Source: a bacterium
Lineage (GTDB): Bacteria; Hinthialibacterota; Hinthialibacteria; Hinthialibacterales; Hinthialibacteraceae
Reading direction: 5' to 3'
Assembly (NCBI GenBank): GCA_963662285.2
Contig: CAXXMV010000008.1
Location: forward strand, 800,001 to 864,000
Length of the DNA: 64,000 bases
Position numbers and translations under genes: made by a program. The notes under the pieces were generated by a model that was not told the DNA's origin, ran no database searches, and saw only the letters and a list, made by a program, of their open reading frames with translations. Positions 8,135 to 18,838 of the stretch are shown one piece after another (position 1 is the stretch's first letter; every line of letters starts with the position of its first letter).

Positions 8135-11100
8135 CTACTCCTCAACCACAGCCTTATAAGTAATGACGTATTGCTCGCCTTGTTGGATGTCGGTAAACCT
8201 GATTCCACTGCGTGAATTGGATGCTGCGATATACCAATTGACGGGATTTTCTGCGTCCGGGCTTCCTTCAACTAAACGCTGGATAGACAGGTTCTTGCCT
8301 TCATTTTCCAACCATAACTGCGGCGCATCAAAGTATTCCAGCAGAATGGGGCCGTCGTCAGTTTTCATGATATCAATACTAACTTGTTCATTCGATATCC
8401 AATGGATGCTGCAATCAATCCTTTTATTGGAACGCAATATGGGCGTTAGAGGCTCAAGTTGATTCACTTCAGTAACCGCAAGACAGGCGGTATTTCTATG
8501 ACTGGAATGCTCATTAGCCCAGCGGTGCATCATGCCGTCAGTGGAGTATTTACCTCCACGGATCAAGTTGCCATCCCTGCTATGCAGGAAATCCGACTTG
8601 GCAGTGCTTTGCATACTGAAGGTTCCATCACCCAAGGCGCCGATCAGCGAGAATAAGCCAGTCTTGGCGTTCCGCGCCAGAAAACCATCACGGGCGATCA
8701 CGATATCCATGCCGTCATCGCCTTCAATATTCCAGGTTCCGGTGCAGCGGTTGGCGAATATTTCCAAACCATCAGTATATTGAATCCTGACTCTAACCGC
8801 TTTATCTTCAAGGTTTTTCAATAAAACTTCATCAACGCTCATCTCATTATGAACGTCAATTTCGGTATAATACCCGATTTTAACCACGTCATTACTGCGA
8901 TTAAGATATTCACGCGCCACAGGTTGAATAAGTACAATGGTTTCCATCAGATAACGCCGCATATCACGCGCATTGAATCCGGGAAACCAGACATCACCTG
9001 AAATCATCGGCGCCCGCCCGAAAGCCAGGGTAGACGTCATATATTGATCCAAGGGGAACAATCGAACATCAGTCGGAGTATTGGACTTGTTTTTTTGGTA
9101 AAAAGTTTCATAAGAGCCAAAGCCGATCCGCGGCCCCACCAGGCGTCCACAGCGGATATCTTCATCAACCAGGTTATTCATATTACTCATCTTATCACGG
9201 GAGGCGGCGATTCCGCCGAACAAATAAGATGAATACATATCAAATCGCGCATCAAGATCATTCCACGCCAGTAAAAGAGGCTCGCCGGCAAACTTTTTGA
9301 TAGACGAAATATGCTTCCTGGCTTGTAGAGCCGCTTCATTGGATGATGGAATTTTCAAACCCAGCATCTTATAATATAAAGATGAGTGTGAAATCTGGTC
9401 AAAACCAAGCGGCGCATCCAACATTAAGCCGCTGCGATGCATTTTACGATCACAATCAGTGATATATTTATGTAATGCTTCCACCGATGTTCCAACTAAA
9501 TCATCCTTAAACAATAAAAATTGAAGATTGGCAATGGATTGGCCGTTAAGCAATGTCGCCGGATCAGGCAACCCAATTTGCTTTGTTTCAACAACCGGGA
9601 TTACTAAATTATGGCGTTCTTTTTCTTTACGGGTTATCTCAAGTAGATTGACGGAAGCGCCCCAGATTTCTGAACTATGCCGCATTGCAGGCGATGGCGC
9701 CAAACGGGCGTAATCGCTCCATCCGCGAACCAGAAAGGCTAAATCAGAGAGTCCCATGCCATGCAGTTGATCAAAAAAGCGTCCCGCCTCTTTATATACA
9801 TCTCCCGAATATCCCGAACGGCATACCAGGGTTGATGAATTTTGAAATGACCGGGTAAAGGGGCTTTGCCATTGCGTAAGTTCTGCATTCCAGACCATTA
9901 AGCGACGATCCGCGCCTAAACGTTGCTCGTAATACCAGCCGTTTTCCCCCTGGATATTGGAAAAATCCCGGTAAGAACTGAAATCATTATTGTTATGAAC
10001 CAACTCAACATCCAATACAACCTGGCCGCCATCCATGATGGCCGATCCGGACACAGTGAATAAAAGTTGATCGCCCTTTTCTATGGGAAAATCGCCTTCC
10101 ATACCAGCTGCTTTTTTGTCTGATGAATCCAGAACCTGCGAAAAAAGGACGCGCTCCCGGTCAGTTTTTGCTTCCAGAAGCACTACAGAACCGACTGCGA
10201 AATCGCCGCCCTGCAACTGAAAAACTCCCTTAAGTTTTATATTGCCCGACTCAGGAACTTCCCATCGGCGAATAGTCTCAACCGGCGCCAGTGAATATTG
10301 CGCGAATGGCGCATTATCAATATCAACAATCACCTTATCCCGAATGGAATCAGCGCCTTTGGTGGAAGTTGACACTGAAGGCAATACATCAGTAACATGG
10401 TTGCTGATAGTAAGATATGAAACCACGTCCAATGGTTGACGAATCCCGCTGGCATCTGCAACCAGCCACGCTGGAGTATTGGACACCTGCATGGCGCGCC
10501 GGTCAATTTCCGCGGTCATTTCATAATGGCCGGTGCTGCTCAATAGGGGGTCAACGTAGGTCGAGAAAAAGTACTTGTCATTTATTTGGGTGACCGGCAA
10601 TGGGATCGACGGAAAATTAATTATCTTGGGTGAAGAAATCAAGCGGTTTTTACCAATATCAAATCCGGCGTAATAGGCTGATGTGGAATTAGTTACAACG
10701 CCAGTGGCATGAATAATCAAAGTCTTGCCGCTAATTGAAAATTTATAGGCTTTGCTGAGAGATTGATCTTTAAATATCTCTTCAAACTGAAAAAGAACGC
10801 CATTATCCTTAATTTCATGAGATATCAACCGGACAGCGCGGTCTTTGCTATTCTCTGCGGGAAGCCAGTCTTTTCCGCTGGCATCCCGGATAATGGCGCC
10901 GCCCTGATATATCGGGATAATTCGCTCTGTTTCTCCAATCATTACCCGGACGCTGATCATACCCCGGAGCAAACTGCTATCATTGTTCTTTATATTATAG
11001 ATAAGATCAATGGAATCATCTTTATATCCAAGATTGTATTCATCCGCTTCTTTATTATAGATAACCGAATTATTTTTGGTCGAATCGTTCCGGGCGGAAA

Positions 11101-11194
11101 CCGGAGCTAAACTGGAGCCGGGATTCAATGCATCGGCTCTTAAAACGCAACAAGAAAAAATGGCCATCCATATCAAACTATTCCGTAATTTCAT
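8135..11194 (-). CDS. Large secreted hypothetical protein (~1020 aa)
   Basis: Long ORF; likely start ATG 11194 (MKLRNSLIWMAIFSCCVLRADA signal peptide, AAGGAAG upstream); family not recognised. Confidence 0.7.
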   Translation of the reverse strand: MKLRNSLIWMAIFSCCVLRADALNPGSSLAPVSARNDSTKNNSVIYNKEADEYNLGYKDDSIDLIYNIKNNDSSLLRGMISVRVMIGETERIIPIYQGGAIIRDASGKDWLPAENSKDRAVRLISHEIKDNGVLFQFEEIFKDQSLSKAYKFSISGKTLIIHATGVVTNSTSAYYAGFDIGKNRLISSPKIINFPSIPLPVTQINDKYFFSTYVDPLLSSTGHYEMTAEIDRRAMQVSNTPAWLVADASGIRQPLDVVSYLTISNHVTDVLPSVSTSTKGADSIRDKVIVDIDNAPFAQYSLAPVETIRRWEVPESGNIKLKGVFQLQGGDFAVGSVVLLEAKTDRERVLFSQVLDSSDKKAAGMEGDFPIEKGDQLLFTVSGSAIMDGGQVVLDVELVHNNNDFSSYRDFSNIQGENGWYYEQRLGADRRLMVWNAELTQWQSPFTRSFQNSSTLVCRSGYSGDVYKEAGRFFDQLHGMGLSDLAFLVRGWSDYARLAPSPAMRHSSEIWGASVNLLEITRKEKERHNLVIPVVETKQIGLPDPATLLNGQSIANLQFLLFKDDLVGTSVEALHKYITDCDRKMHRSGLMLDAPLGFDQISHSSLYYKMLGLKIPSSNEAALQARKHISSIKKFAGEPLLLAWNDLDARFDMYSSYLFGGIAASRDKMSNMNNLVDEDIRCGRLVGPRIGFGSYETFYQKNKSNTPTDVRLFPLDQYMTSTLAFGRAPMISGDVWFPGFNARDMRRYLMETIVLIQPVAREYLNRSNDVVKIGYYTEIDVHNEMSVDEVLLKNLEDKAVRVRIQYTDGLEIFANRCTGTWNIEGDDGMDIVIARDGFLARNAKTGLFSLIGALGDGTFSMQSTAKSDFLHSRDGNLIRGGKYSTDGMMHRWANEHSSHRNTACLAVTEVNQLEPLTPILRSNKRIDCSIHWISNEQVSIDIMKTDDGPILLEYFDAPQLWLENEGKNLSIQRLVEGSPDAENPVNWYIAASNSRSGIRFTDIQQGEQYVITYKAVVEE

Positions 11195-11293
11195 CACTAA
11201 TTGCTTCCTTGTATATAAGATACGTTGTAACAGTTCAACCACATGAATTAATAACATAATAACTATGCTTTATACAAAGTGTTTATGCCAGAA

Positions 11294-11382
11294 TTCTCCC
11301 CCCAAGTTTGGGGGGAGTTAGAGGGGGGTTGCGTTTCGACGGATCAACCCCCACCTAACCTCCCCCAGGCTTGGGGGAGGGA
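11294..11382. repeat. Family C double-hairpin repeat
   Basis: CTCCCCCCAAGTTTGGGGGGAG ... GGGGGTTG/CAACCCCC ... CTCCCCCAGGCTTGGGGGAG; decayed copy near 23750-23815. Confidence 0.8.
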
Positions 11383-11512
11383 TAATGCGCTTTTTCAAAC
11401 GACCCTTTATATTGCGTGATTCGTCAAAGTAGTGTTTCATACTAGTAAAACGATTCTAAATTATTAACCGTTTCGGTTTGATTCATATTATGCCGAAATC
11501 TATGATAAAACT

Positions 11513-12298
11513 ATGCGAAACATACGTCTCGACCTTGAGTATGATGGACGAAACTATTGCGGGTGGCAATGGCAGCCAAACCAGCTCACCATCGAACAAA
11601 CCCTCAAAGAAGCCATAGAAAAACTGCTTTGCAGCAAAATCAAGTTATTTTCTTCCGGTCGGACTGATTCTGGAGTACACGCCGAGCAGCATGTGGCTCA
11701 TTTCTTTTCAGATACAACATTAAGGCATAAAAACCTGCTCGGCGGCCTGAATTCTATTCTGCCGGATGATATAGCAGTATACCGCGTACTGGATATGCCG
11801 CACGATTGGAGCGCACGCTACGACGCCATCGAACGCGAATACCGCTACACATTCTACTGCAATCCCTACCCCAACGTCTTTTTTAAGCCCTGGACTTATC
11901 ATGTGAAATATCCCATTGACGTGGAAGCCATGCGCAAGGCGGCCAAATATTTAGAGGGCGAACACGATTTCACCTCGTTCCGCAGCACCCATTGCGATGC
12001 GGATAACCCGGTGCGCACCATGCTCGAATTATCCTTCAGGCAAAACGGCGACCTGCTGCATTTTGTGGTAAGGGGACATGCTTTCCTGCGCCATCAGGTC
12101 AGAACATTCGCAGGCACTCTGCTGGAAGTAGGATTGGGTAGATTAGACCCCGACGCCATCCCCGGCATATTGGAAGCCAAAGACCGCCATAAAGCAGGCC
12201 ACACCATAGCAGCGCATGGATTAACCCTGGTGGCAGTGCGTTATGAATGCGACCACGAACGTTTCAAGGATGAAAAACGCCCGCTTCGCTTCCCGTAA
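11513..12298 (+). CDS. truA: tRNA pseudouridine(38-40) synthase
   Basis: LEYDGRNYCGWQWQ, SGRTDSGVHA, EGEHDFTSF, AFLRHQVR, AHGLTL. Confidence 0.97.
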   Translation: MRNIRLDLEYDGRNYCGWQWQPNQLTIEQTLKEAIEKLLCSKIKLFSSGRTDSGVHAEQHVAHFFSDTTLRHKNLLGGLNSILPDDIAVYRVLDMPHDWSARYDAIEREYRYTFYCNPYPNVFFKPWTYHVKYPIDVEAMRKAAKYLEGEHDFTSFRSTHCDADNPVRTMLELSFRQNGDLLHFVVRGHAFLRHQVRTFAGTLLEVGLGRLDPDAIPGILEAKDRHKAGHTIAAHGLTLVAVRYECDHERFKDEKRPLRFP

Positions 12299-12384
12299 AG
12301 CCTAACCCTGTCAAATGCAATTGATTGCACCATTCGGTCGATTATACAACACATCCTTCCATCAGGGATTTGTTTTCCATTGCT

Positions 12385-12418
12385 AAACAAAAACGCCGCC
12401 TTGAAAAACAAGGCGGCG
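12385..12418 (-). terminator. Rho-independent terminator
   Basis: CGCCGCCTTG-N5-CAAGGCGGCG followed by a U tract on the minus strand, downstream of 12462-13292. Confidence 0.75.
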
Positions 12419-12461
12419 AGGATTGATTTCTGTTATAACCCAAACATAAGGCTTTGTAGAT

Positions 12462-13292
12462 TTATACAGCAAAATTAAAAGAGATAGATGCAAAGCCCGT
12501 TGATGGTCTTTGTTGACCACCAATAGTAGTTGTTCCTTTTGCTTCGCATTTGGTATTATAACCGGCAAAAATCCAGTTCAAAGTCCATCGATTGTAATAT
12601 CCTGACCAAGTCGCTATTGCGTTGTCGAACGATTTATTTTGAACATCAGGATTATATTGAAAAGTCCGTGGTACAAACGACGCAGTTATTGATATGCTTG
12701 GAGGCCATCCTCCAACACCGACATCAACTTGAGTTAATTTTGCAAATTGCGGAACACCTGCGGTTTCTTCAAGTTTTATACCAGCAATTACTTGCTGTGA
12801 TTGTTGATCTCCCTGAGTGTTGCCTAATGTTTGACCAAGGACTTGTGCACCAATGGCTGACTTTCCTTCTGCCTTACCATATCCATTTAATGTATTAATA
12901 TAATCATAATATGCAGCGCCGCCAGTGGAAATGAATCCACCTATGCATGCTGTGTAATCTTTTGCTGTTGGATCGCCCTGACCTTGCCACTCGGTGGATT
13001 GGCTCCATTGCAATGGTCTAAAATTTGTAGTTGAAGTAGCTGCGGCGCAATTAGTCCAATCAGACCAAACCTGCAATTCGCGATAAACATAGATTACTTG
13101 CGATTGGGCTGTGATTGTTTTTATTATTTCTTTTTGAGGTCTGCTAATTTGATTTGCCCAATAAGTTATGGATGAAAGGCTTTGATAAGTAACTCCATTA
13201 AGGACTGGCGTCGACCAGGTTGCAAAAGCAGGTGTGCATGACAAAGAAAAAATTGTCATGACGAAAATACTGAATATATATGTTTTTTTCAT
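12462..13292 (-). CDS. Secreted hypothetical protein (T/Q/W-rich)
   Basis: Start ATG 13292 (MKKTYIFSIFVMTIFSLSCTPAFA signal peptide); AT-rich. Confidence 0.75.
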   Translation of the reverse strand: MKKTYIFSIFVMTIFSLSCTPAFATWSTPVLNGVTYQSLSSITYWANQISRPQKEIIKTITAQSQVIYVYRELQVWSDWTNCAAATSTTNFRPLQWSQSTEWQGQGDPTAKDYTACIGGFISTGGAAYYDYINTLNGYGKAEGKSAIGAQVLGQTLGNTQGDQQSQQVIAGIKLEETAGVPQFAKLTQVDVGVGGWPPSISITASFVPRTFQYNPDVQNKSFDNAIATWSGYYNRWTLNWIFAGYNTKCEAKGTTTIGGQQRPSTGFASISFNFAV

Positions 13293-13305
13293 TATAGAAT
13301 TCCTT

Positions 13306-14136
13306 TTAGTTTTTAATAAAAGATTCATTCAAGGCTTCTTGTATCTTGTTGGTTTCATTTGGCATTTTGGATTGTCCGAATAGACCAATCTCTACCATTT
13401 CAATCTGGTGGTTCAATTCAGCCATACGATTGTTCAAGGCATGAAAAGTATCTTTTAAGGCTTCGTACTTTTCTAATGATTTTGTTCTGGATGTGATATT
13501 GCTATCAAATAATAACGCATAGGCAACTGTGATATTGTGCAGACGAATTGCTACTCTAACTTCTGGGGGATGCTGATCCAGGGCGGGATTTAATCCTCCA
13601 AGCGTTCCAATAACATTTTTATACTTTATGGAAATCTCTTCATTTGTTTTTTCAAGGCTCATCAAGTCAGATATTATCTCTTCAAAATCATTAATAATAC
13701 TATCTACCGTAGAGTCATTGAAATTAACAGGGGCGCAAACAAAAGTCGGATCGCTTAAAGATTGTTTGGCCCGCCCAATGAGTGCTTGGATTTCTTTATT
13801 GATTTTTTGTTTGTGTTCATGCAAGTCGTATTGATTTAGAGCCGACTCTGTTTTTGTCCATAAACTATTTAATTTTTCTTTTATAGTTGAGGATTGTTCT
13901 TCCAAAAGTAGAGATGGGCCGCATAGTTTACGCTGAAGTATGGATTTTACAAACAATCCAGCCGTATATTGACCCAGTTTTTCGTTTGTATACTCTTTCG
14001 GAGCAACGACGCGTAAAATGAAATTGGGTAAATACATTTCGATGTCGTCATTAGAGATATCTTCGATAGAACATGTTTTATATTCCTGGATAAATCCATT
14101 TGCGAATGACGCTGTTCCATTGATGGATAAATCCAT
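13306..14136 (-). CDS. Hypothetical helical protein (N-terminus possibly frameshifted)
   Basis: 276-aa ORF whose frame stays open upstream to about 14275. Confidence 0.6.
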   Translation of the reverse strand: MDLSINGTASFANGFIQEYKTCSIEDISNDDIEMYLPNFILRVVAPKEYTNEKLGQYTAGLFVKSILQRKLCGPSLLLEEQSSTIKEKLNSLWTKTESALNQYDLHEHKQKINKEIQALIGRAKQSLSDPTFVCAPVNFNDSTVDSIINDFEEIISDLMSLEKTNEEISIKYKNVIGTLGGLNPALDQHPPEVRVAIRLHNITVAYALLFDSNITSRTKSLEKYEALKDTFHALNNRMAELNHQIEMVEIGLFGQSKMPNETNKIQEALNESFIKN

Positions 14137-14728
14137 CTCTTTTTCATACGGTTTAAGTGTTCTTGTGATGGTTGATTGTATAATCTCTATAGTCTTTTTT
14201 TCTAGAAATATATTGCGCGATGCAAGAGATTGACATTGTTGAGCGGCCAGGTCCGCTAAAAAGAGTGACTCCTATCAATAGACGCAGAAATTGCGTATAA
14301 ATGTTTCGTGACATTGATGTTCTCTTATATGATGTATTAAGTTTCCACACCGCGTAATATAGTAATATATCCCCCCCCCACACAATGTCAAGTAAAATAA
14401 CTAATATATTTATAAAACATGCTTTTTTATTTCACTGATGCGGTTTATCGATCTATAAACACAGAAAACAAAAGGAAAAAATCCTCAAACGGTCGCGCTT
14501 AATCGACCCACCAAAGAACCACCCACAACATACAACAACATCCGCTTCTACATCTCCTCTCCCACCGGGAGAGGGAAAGGGTGAGGGGTAGTTATCTACC
14601 ACCTATTTCTTCCCATTCATAATAACCACATCATACAGGTTTGTCTTTTTCGTCAATAAGCTAAACTTGTTATATACTTAAAGTAGATTATGATCACCAA
14701 AGATTGAGCGCCAGGTTGGAGAAATAGA

Positions 14729-15301
14729 ATGAAGAAATCGCCGCACCGGATGCAACAGGCTTTCACGCTGATTGAACTGCTGGTGGTCGTAGCCATCATC
14801 AGCATTCTGGCGTCAATCGCTCTACCCAATTTTCAACACGCCCAGGTCAAAGCCCGGATATCCGCAGCCCAGGCGGAAATGATGACTCTTACCACCGCTA
14901 TCGAGTCTTATGCTATTGATAAAGGGGTTTATCCACTCGACGGCAATGATTATTTCGAAAAAAACGAGGAACTATTCGACCAATGCCGCATTCAGAAGGT
15001 TCTGACTACTCCAACGGCCTATGTTTCAGAAATCCCCGGTGATGACTTTCATAAAAAGCACATGGCTATAACTGATCCCAAAGTCACGCGCTATTTCCAA
15101 TCACGCCCCCCGTATCCCTACATATACTTCAGCAAAGACAGTTTTTTCGCTAATCATGGCGCGCCCAAGGCTTATTTCATCTTCAGCATCGGGCCGAACG
15201 CAACTTTTGATAACCATTCCACTCTGCCGGAAAATTACTTGATCTACGATCCATCCAACGGCGTCATCTCTGATGGAGACCTCCTGCGTAAAGGACCATA
15301 A
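14729..15301 (+). CDS. Prepilin-type N-terminal cleavage/methylation protein
   Basis: AFTLIELLVVVAIISILASIALPNF; C-terminal YDPSNGVISDGDL. Confidence 0.9.
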   Translation: MKKSPHRMQQAFTLIELLVVVAIISILASIALPNFQHAQVKARISAAQAEMMTLTTAIESYAIDKGVYPLDGNDYFEKNEELFDQCRIQKVLTTPTAYVSEIPGDDFHKKHMAITDPKVTRYFQSRPPYPYIYFSKDSFFANHGAPKAYFIFSIGPNATFDNHSTLPENYLIYDPSNGVISDGDLLRKGP

Positions 15302-15525
15302 GTCTTCCTGATTTTACATACTCCTATCTCCTGACTCATTTGAACCACATTTACGCAAAAAATCCATTGATTTTCCATCTTCAAAACCAGACAACCTTTT
15401 CTCAATTTTCAATCGATTCACCCGACTACTATTAACACCACCTACTCTATTATGCTACAATTCAATTTCTACGAACGCTATTTTTTAGCGTTGGTGATAA
15501 TAAAAAATATCAAGGAGAATTGATT

Positions 15526-17142
15526 ATGAAGAAGTTTATTGTATTGATGCTTGTATTAATTGTATGCAGTATCGCATTCGTTCCGAGTTCCAACGCGATA
15601 AATCCAGACTCTTATTCACTCATTCTGCAAGATATTTACAATGATTATTTCTATTTCAACGAAATAAATTCTTTCAGATCCGGTTATAAGCTTTACGAGG
15701 GAAAATGGATTGCAACAAGTCCGGAATTCAACTGTACATTGATGTACAATGAATCGACCAAAGAAATAACTCTATGCGCTGATTATATTTATGACCAGGT
15801 ATTTTTTTACCGGTTACACTACAAAAGCCCTAATTATTTCTATGGAGCATTTACATATCTTAGAGATAAGTACGGCAATAGAGTCAGGTTAATGGATATG
15901 GAAATCACCAAGGGCAGCCTGCCCGGCGCCATGCCCGGCAAAACCGCAGGGCGAATTTCACCGGCGGATATTATTCTGCAACAGGAAGGCGATCCCAATA
16001 CCTTAAAACTGGGCGCCCTGATTCCCCTGAGCGGCGAATTGGCCTCAATGGGAGAAGCCTTCGCCAAGACGCTTGAAGTGGCGCAAGAAGACGCCCAGGA
16101 ATATCTCAACCAGTCGGGCAGCGAGCTTTCAGTGGAGTTATTGGTTGAAGACAACCAGACCAATCCGGGCGACAGTTATCATAGAATCCAGGATTTACGC
16201 GCCAAAGGCGTCAACATTTTTCTGGGTCCGCAGGATAGTAGTTCGGTGGATTACATGAAGCAGTTCGCCGATGCTGAGGATTACCTGCTGTTTTCCAGTT
16301 CATCTACAGCTATCGGGCTTTCTCTGCCTAATGATAACGTGATGCGCTGCATTAGTGACGATACTCACCAGGCGGCGGCGCTTATTGAACAAGCGCAAGA
16401 TGACGGAATTACTGATCTATATATTGTCTCTAGAACCGATTTGTACGGCAACGATTTTTACCAGGCGTTGGAAAGAGGATTCATTGAAAAAGGCGGAGCA
16501 GTTAAAACTTTCCTATACAGCCGTCCCGATGCGGATATTCAAGATACTGTAGAAGCGCTGCTGACCGCAATAAGCGAGCAAACTGCACTCAATGACGGCA
16601 AAAAAGTCGGTGTTGCTCTAATCGCCTTCGATGAAGGTATCGATATCATGGAATTGGCGTCGACCGCGACTGACGCTGGCAACGTTCTCTGGTATGGCAC
16701 TGACGCTCTAGCTCAAAGCATGGCGATATTACAAAATGGCAAGGCAGCTGAGTTCGCCGCGCAAACCAATTTCACCTGCACCACTATCGGACGCCCTCAA
16801 ACTGAGGCCTTCCAAGCCGTTTCAGATAAAGTGACCGCCAAACTGGGTTACACTCCGCCTACGCTTACATTGTTGATTTATGACGCTTATCAACTGGCGG
16901 TGCGCGCCTACCAGAAAGCCGGAACCAACGAGGTTGAAACATACAAAAGCGCTTTAGCCGAAGTGGCGGAAACCTACCAGGGCATCAGCGGCGATATGAG
17001 CTTAAACGCCAATGGCGACCGGGCTGAGGGCATGTACGATTACTGGACTGTCCATGCCGAAAACGGGCAGTATTTCTGGGATTCAGATTCCAATTGGACT
17101 GGAGAACCTGTCTCAATTCTGGAATGGGCTTTGTTTGAATAG
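15526..17142 (+). CDS. Secreted LivK/Peripla_BP_6-type solute-binding protein with extra N-terminal domain and C-terminal W-x-L-F tail
   Basis: Signal peptide; KLGALIPLSGELA, LLVEDNQT, YQGISGDMSLNANGDR; ends PVSILEWALFE. Confidence 0.8.
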   Translation: MKKFIVLMLVLIVCSIAFVPSSNAINPDSYSLILQDIYNDYFYFNEINSFRSGYKLYEGKWIATSPEFNCTLMYNESTKEITLCADYIYDQVFFYRLHYKSPNYFYGAFTYLRDKYGNRVRLMDMEITKGSLPGAMPGKTAGRISPADIILQQEGDPNTLKLGALIPLSGELASMGEAFAKTLEVAQEDAQEYLNQSGSELSVELLVEDNQTNPGDSYHRIQDLRAKGVNIFLGPQDSSSVDYMKQFADAEDYLLFSSSSTAIGLSLPNDNVMRCISDDTHQAAALIEQAQDDGITDLYIVSRTDLYGNDFYQALERGFIEKGGAVKTFLYSRPDADIQDTVEALLTAISEQTALNDGKKVGVALIAFDEGIDIMELASTATDAGNVLWYGTDALAQSMAILQNGKAAEFAAQTNFTCTTIGRPQTEAFQAVSDKVTAKLGYTPPTLTLLIYDAYQLAVRAYQKAGTNEVETYKSALAEVAETYQGISGDMSLNANGDRAEGMYDYWTVHAENGQYFWDSDSNWTGEPVSILEWALFE

Positions 17143-17186
17143 AGTATTATTGAACTGGCTTAAATTAACATCCCACTCTACATATC

Positions 17187-17262
17187 TGGTTATACCTCAA
17201 AATCCCTCTCCCCCAAGCATGGGGGAGAATTCAAGAGGGGGTTGTTTGCTATAACTTTAGAT
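17187..17262 (+). repeat. Family C repeat, uninterrupted partial copy
   Basis: AAAATCCCTCTCCCCCAAGCATGGGGGAGAATTCAAGAGGGGGTTGTTT. Confidence 0.75.
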
Positions 17263-17301
17263 TATCTAAATGACATTATAATTGAACAGCCGTTCCAGGT
17301 T

Positions 17302-18474
17302 CTATATTTCAGCATTCCCAAGCAAACCTTCATGGAAAAAGACTGGTCTATATCCTTGCTCAGTCACCCAGCGGATAGCCGTCTCCAGGCGTTTTCCATG
17401 ATCGGGGATATGATTTTTGTAGAAAGGCCAGAAATATTGTTCATGGGTGAATAAGTCCATAATCTCAGCATTATCAGGACTTTTGGTTAGCGGCTCTAAC
17501 AAAGGTACTATCTTCTCATCCGGTACGCTATTGCAGACAATATCGATCTTCGAAAACACAATACCGCTTTCAAAATCTTTCAGGGCGTCATGATGAGCCA
17601 AATAAGCGGAGCGTTCATCATCCAACAGGTAATTAACATCCCAGCCGGTGCTGACCCGGCTGAAATAACCGCTGAGCGCCCGGACTCCCCGTTGAGCGAG
17701 CGGCTTCAGAGCGCCGGGTTGAACCATCCCCCAATGGATCACAGTGGGCGGCGAGTAGACCGATTCTCCCGCAAAGCGATCAATCTGTTCGGCCACCAGA
17801 TCTAGGTCGCCGATCAGTTTCGACGCCGAAGCAAGCTGATAGGGGCGATCGGGCAGATTGGCGTAGGCGTGGAACGCGAGTTTCAACCAATCAGCGTTAT
17901 CCTGCCATTCACTCTTATATTTATCCGGGAACTGGGGCAATTCAAAGCCATCTTCGGTTGTGTAGTAAATATTCAACACAAAGCGGGTTCCATAATTCTT
18001 ATTGAGGTCACGCAGGATTTTCAAATAAAAACAGTCAAAGAGTGATTTGTATTGTTTTTGGGCGATATCGCGCAGAAAAAAACTGTTGTCATCAATGGAA
18101 AAACGGTAACGGGGGAACGAGCCTTTATCCCACACTACCCGCACCCGGTGTTCAAGACGCCCCTGACTGCCTTCTGAAACAGCGGTGATATCGGTCTCTG
18201 CATCGGTAAGCGTCACAGAAGCAATAAACTGATTCCCTTCCCGCCGGGCTGGTTTACCGTTGACAATAACTATATCACGCAAGGGCGCTTCGCCTCGCAC
18301 CTCGGTATGCAAACCGCCATTCTCTATCTTCCCATGACGTTGATTCAACACCGCTCCATGAAAAGGCTGATTGATCCGAACCACCGCTCCCGCCTGCGAC
18401 GATGCGCTGCACAGCGTTATCCCCAAAGCTCCCGCCGATGTGAGTTGAACAAAATTTCTTCTATTAATAGACAT
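17302..18474 (-). CDS. Tat-exported hypothetical protein, possible polysaccharide deacetylase-like barrel
   Basis: NRRNFVQL twin-arginine signal; FSIDD, LAFHA and FTHEQY segments. Confidence 0.6.
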   Translation of the reverse strand: MSINRRNFVQLTSAGALGITLCSASSQAGAVVRINQPFHGAVLNQRHGKIENGGLHTEVRGEAPLRDIVIVNGKPARREGNQFIASVTLTDAETDITAVSEGSQGRLEHRVRVVWDKGSFPRYRFSIDDNSFFLRDIAQKQYKSLFDCFYLKILRDLNKNYGTRFVLNIYYTTEDGFELPQFPDKYKSEWQDNADWLKLAFHAYANLPDRPYQLASASKLIGDLDLVAEQIDRFAGESVYSPPTVIHWGMVQPGALKPLAQRGVRALSGYFSRVSTGWDVNYLLDDERSAYLAHHDALKDFESGIVFSKIDIVCNSVPDEKIVPLLEPLTKSPDNAEIMDLFTHEQYFWPFYKNHIPDHGKRLETAIRWVTEQGYRPVFFHEGLLGNAEI

Positions 18475-18838
18475 AATCAAAGATTCACCAATTTTTTGAT
18501 TGATTATAACATATCCTTATCTTAATCCCTTGATAAAATCAATTTTTTGTTGAAAAGATGCCAGAAATACTCCTTCTGTACACAATTTTTCTATCGAAAC
18601 ATCGCTTTGATCTTTATTTTCATCCGGATTATATGACATAATACTATAATGAAGAAAACAATAGAGCGCTTCTCAAAAATATGTTCGTTTAATATCACGT
18701 TTGGTCTTCATATAAGCTGATTTTTATGGCTTCTACGAATCGTCAATCAGAACATTATTATGACAACTACTCTAGTAATAGAAAAAGAATTGTAATTAGT
18801 GTGTACAGATTCAACACCGCAGAAATGGGAGAAAAAAA

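Noticed and set aside
18530-18542. FNR box
   Set aside because: TTGAT-N3-ATCAA; canonical spacing is N4.
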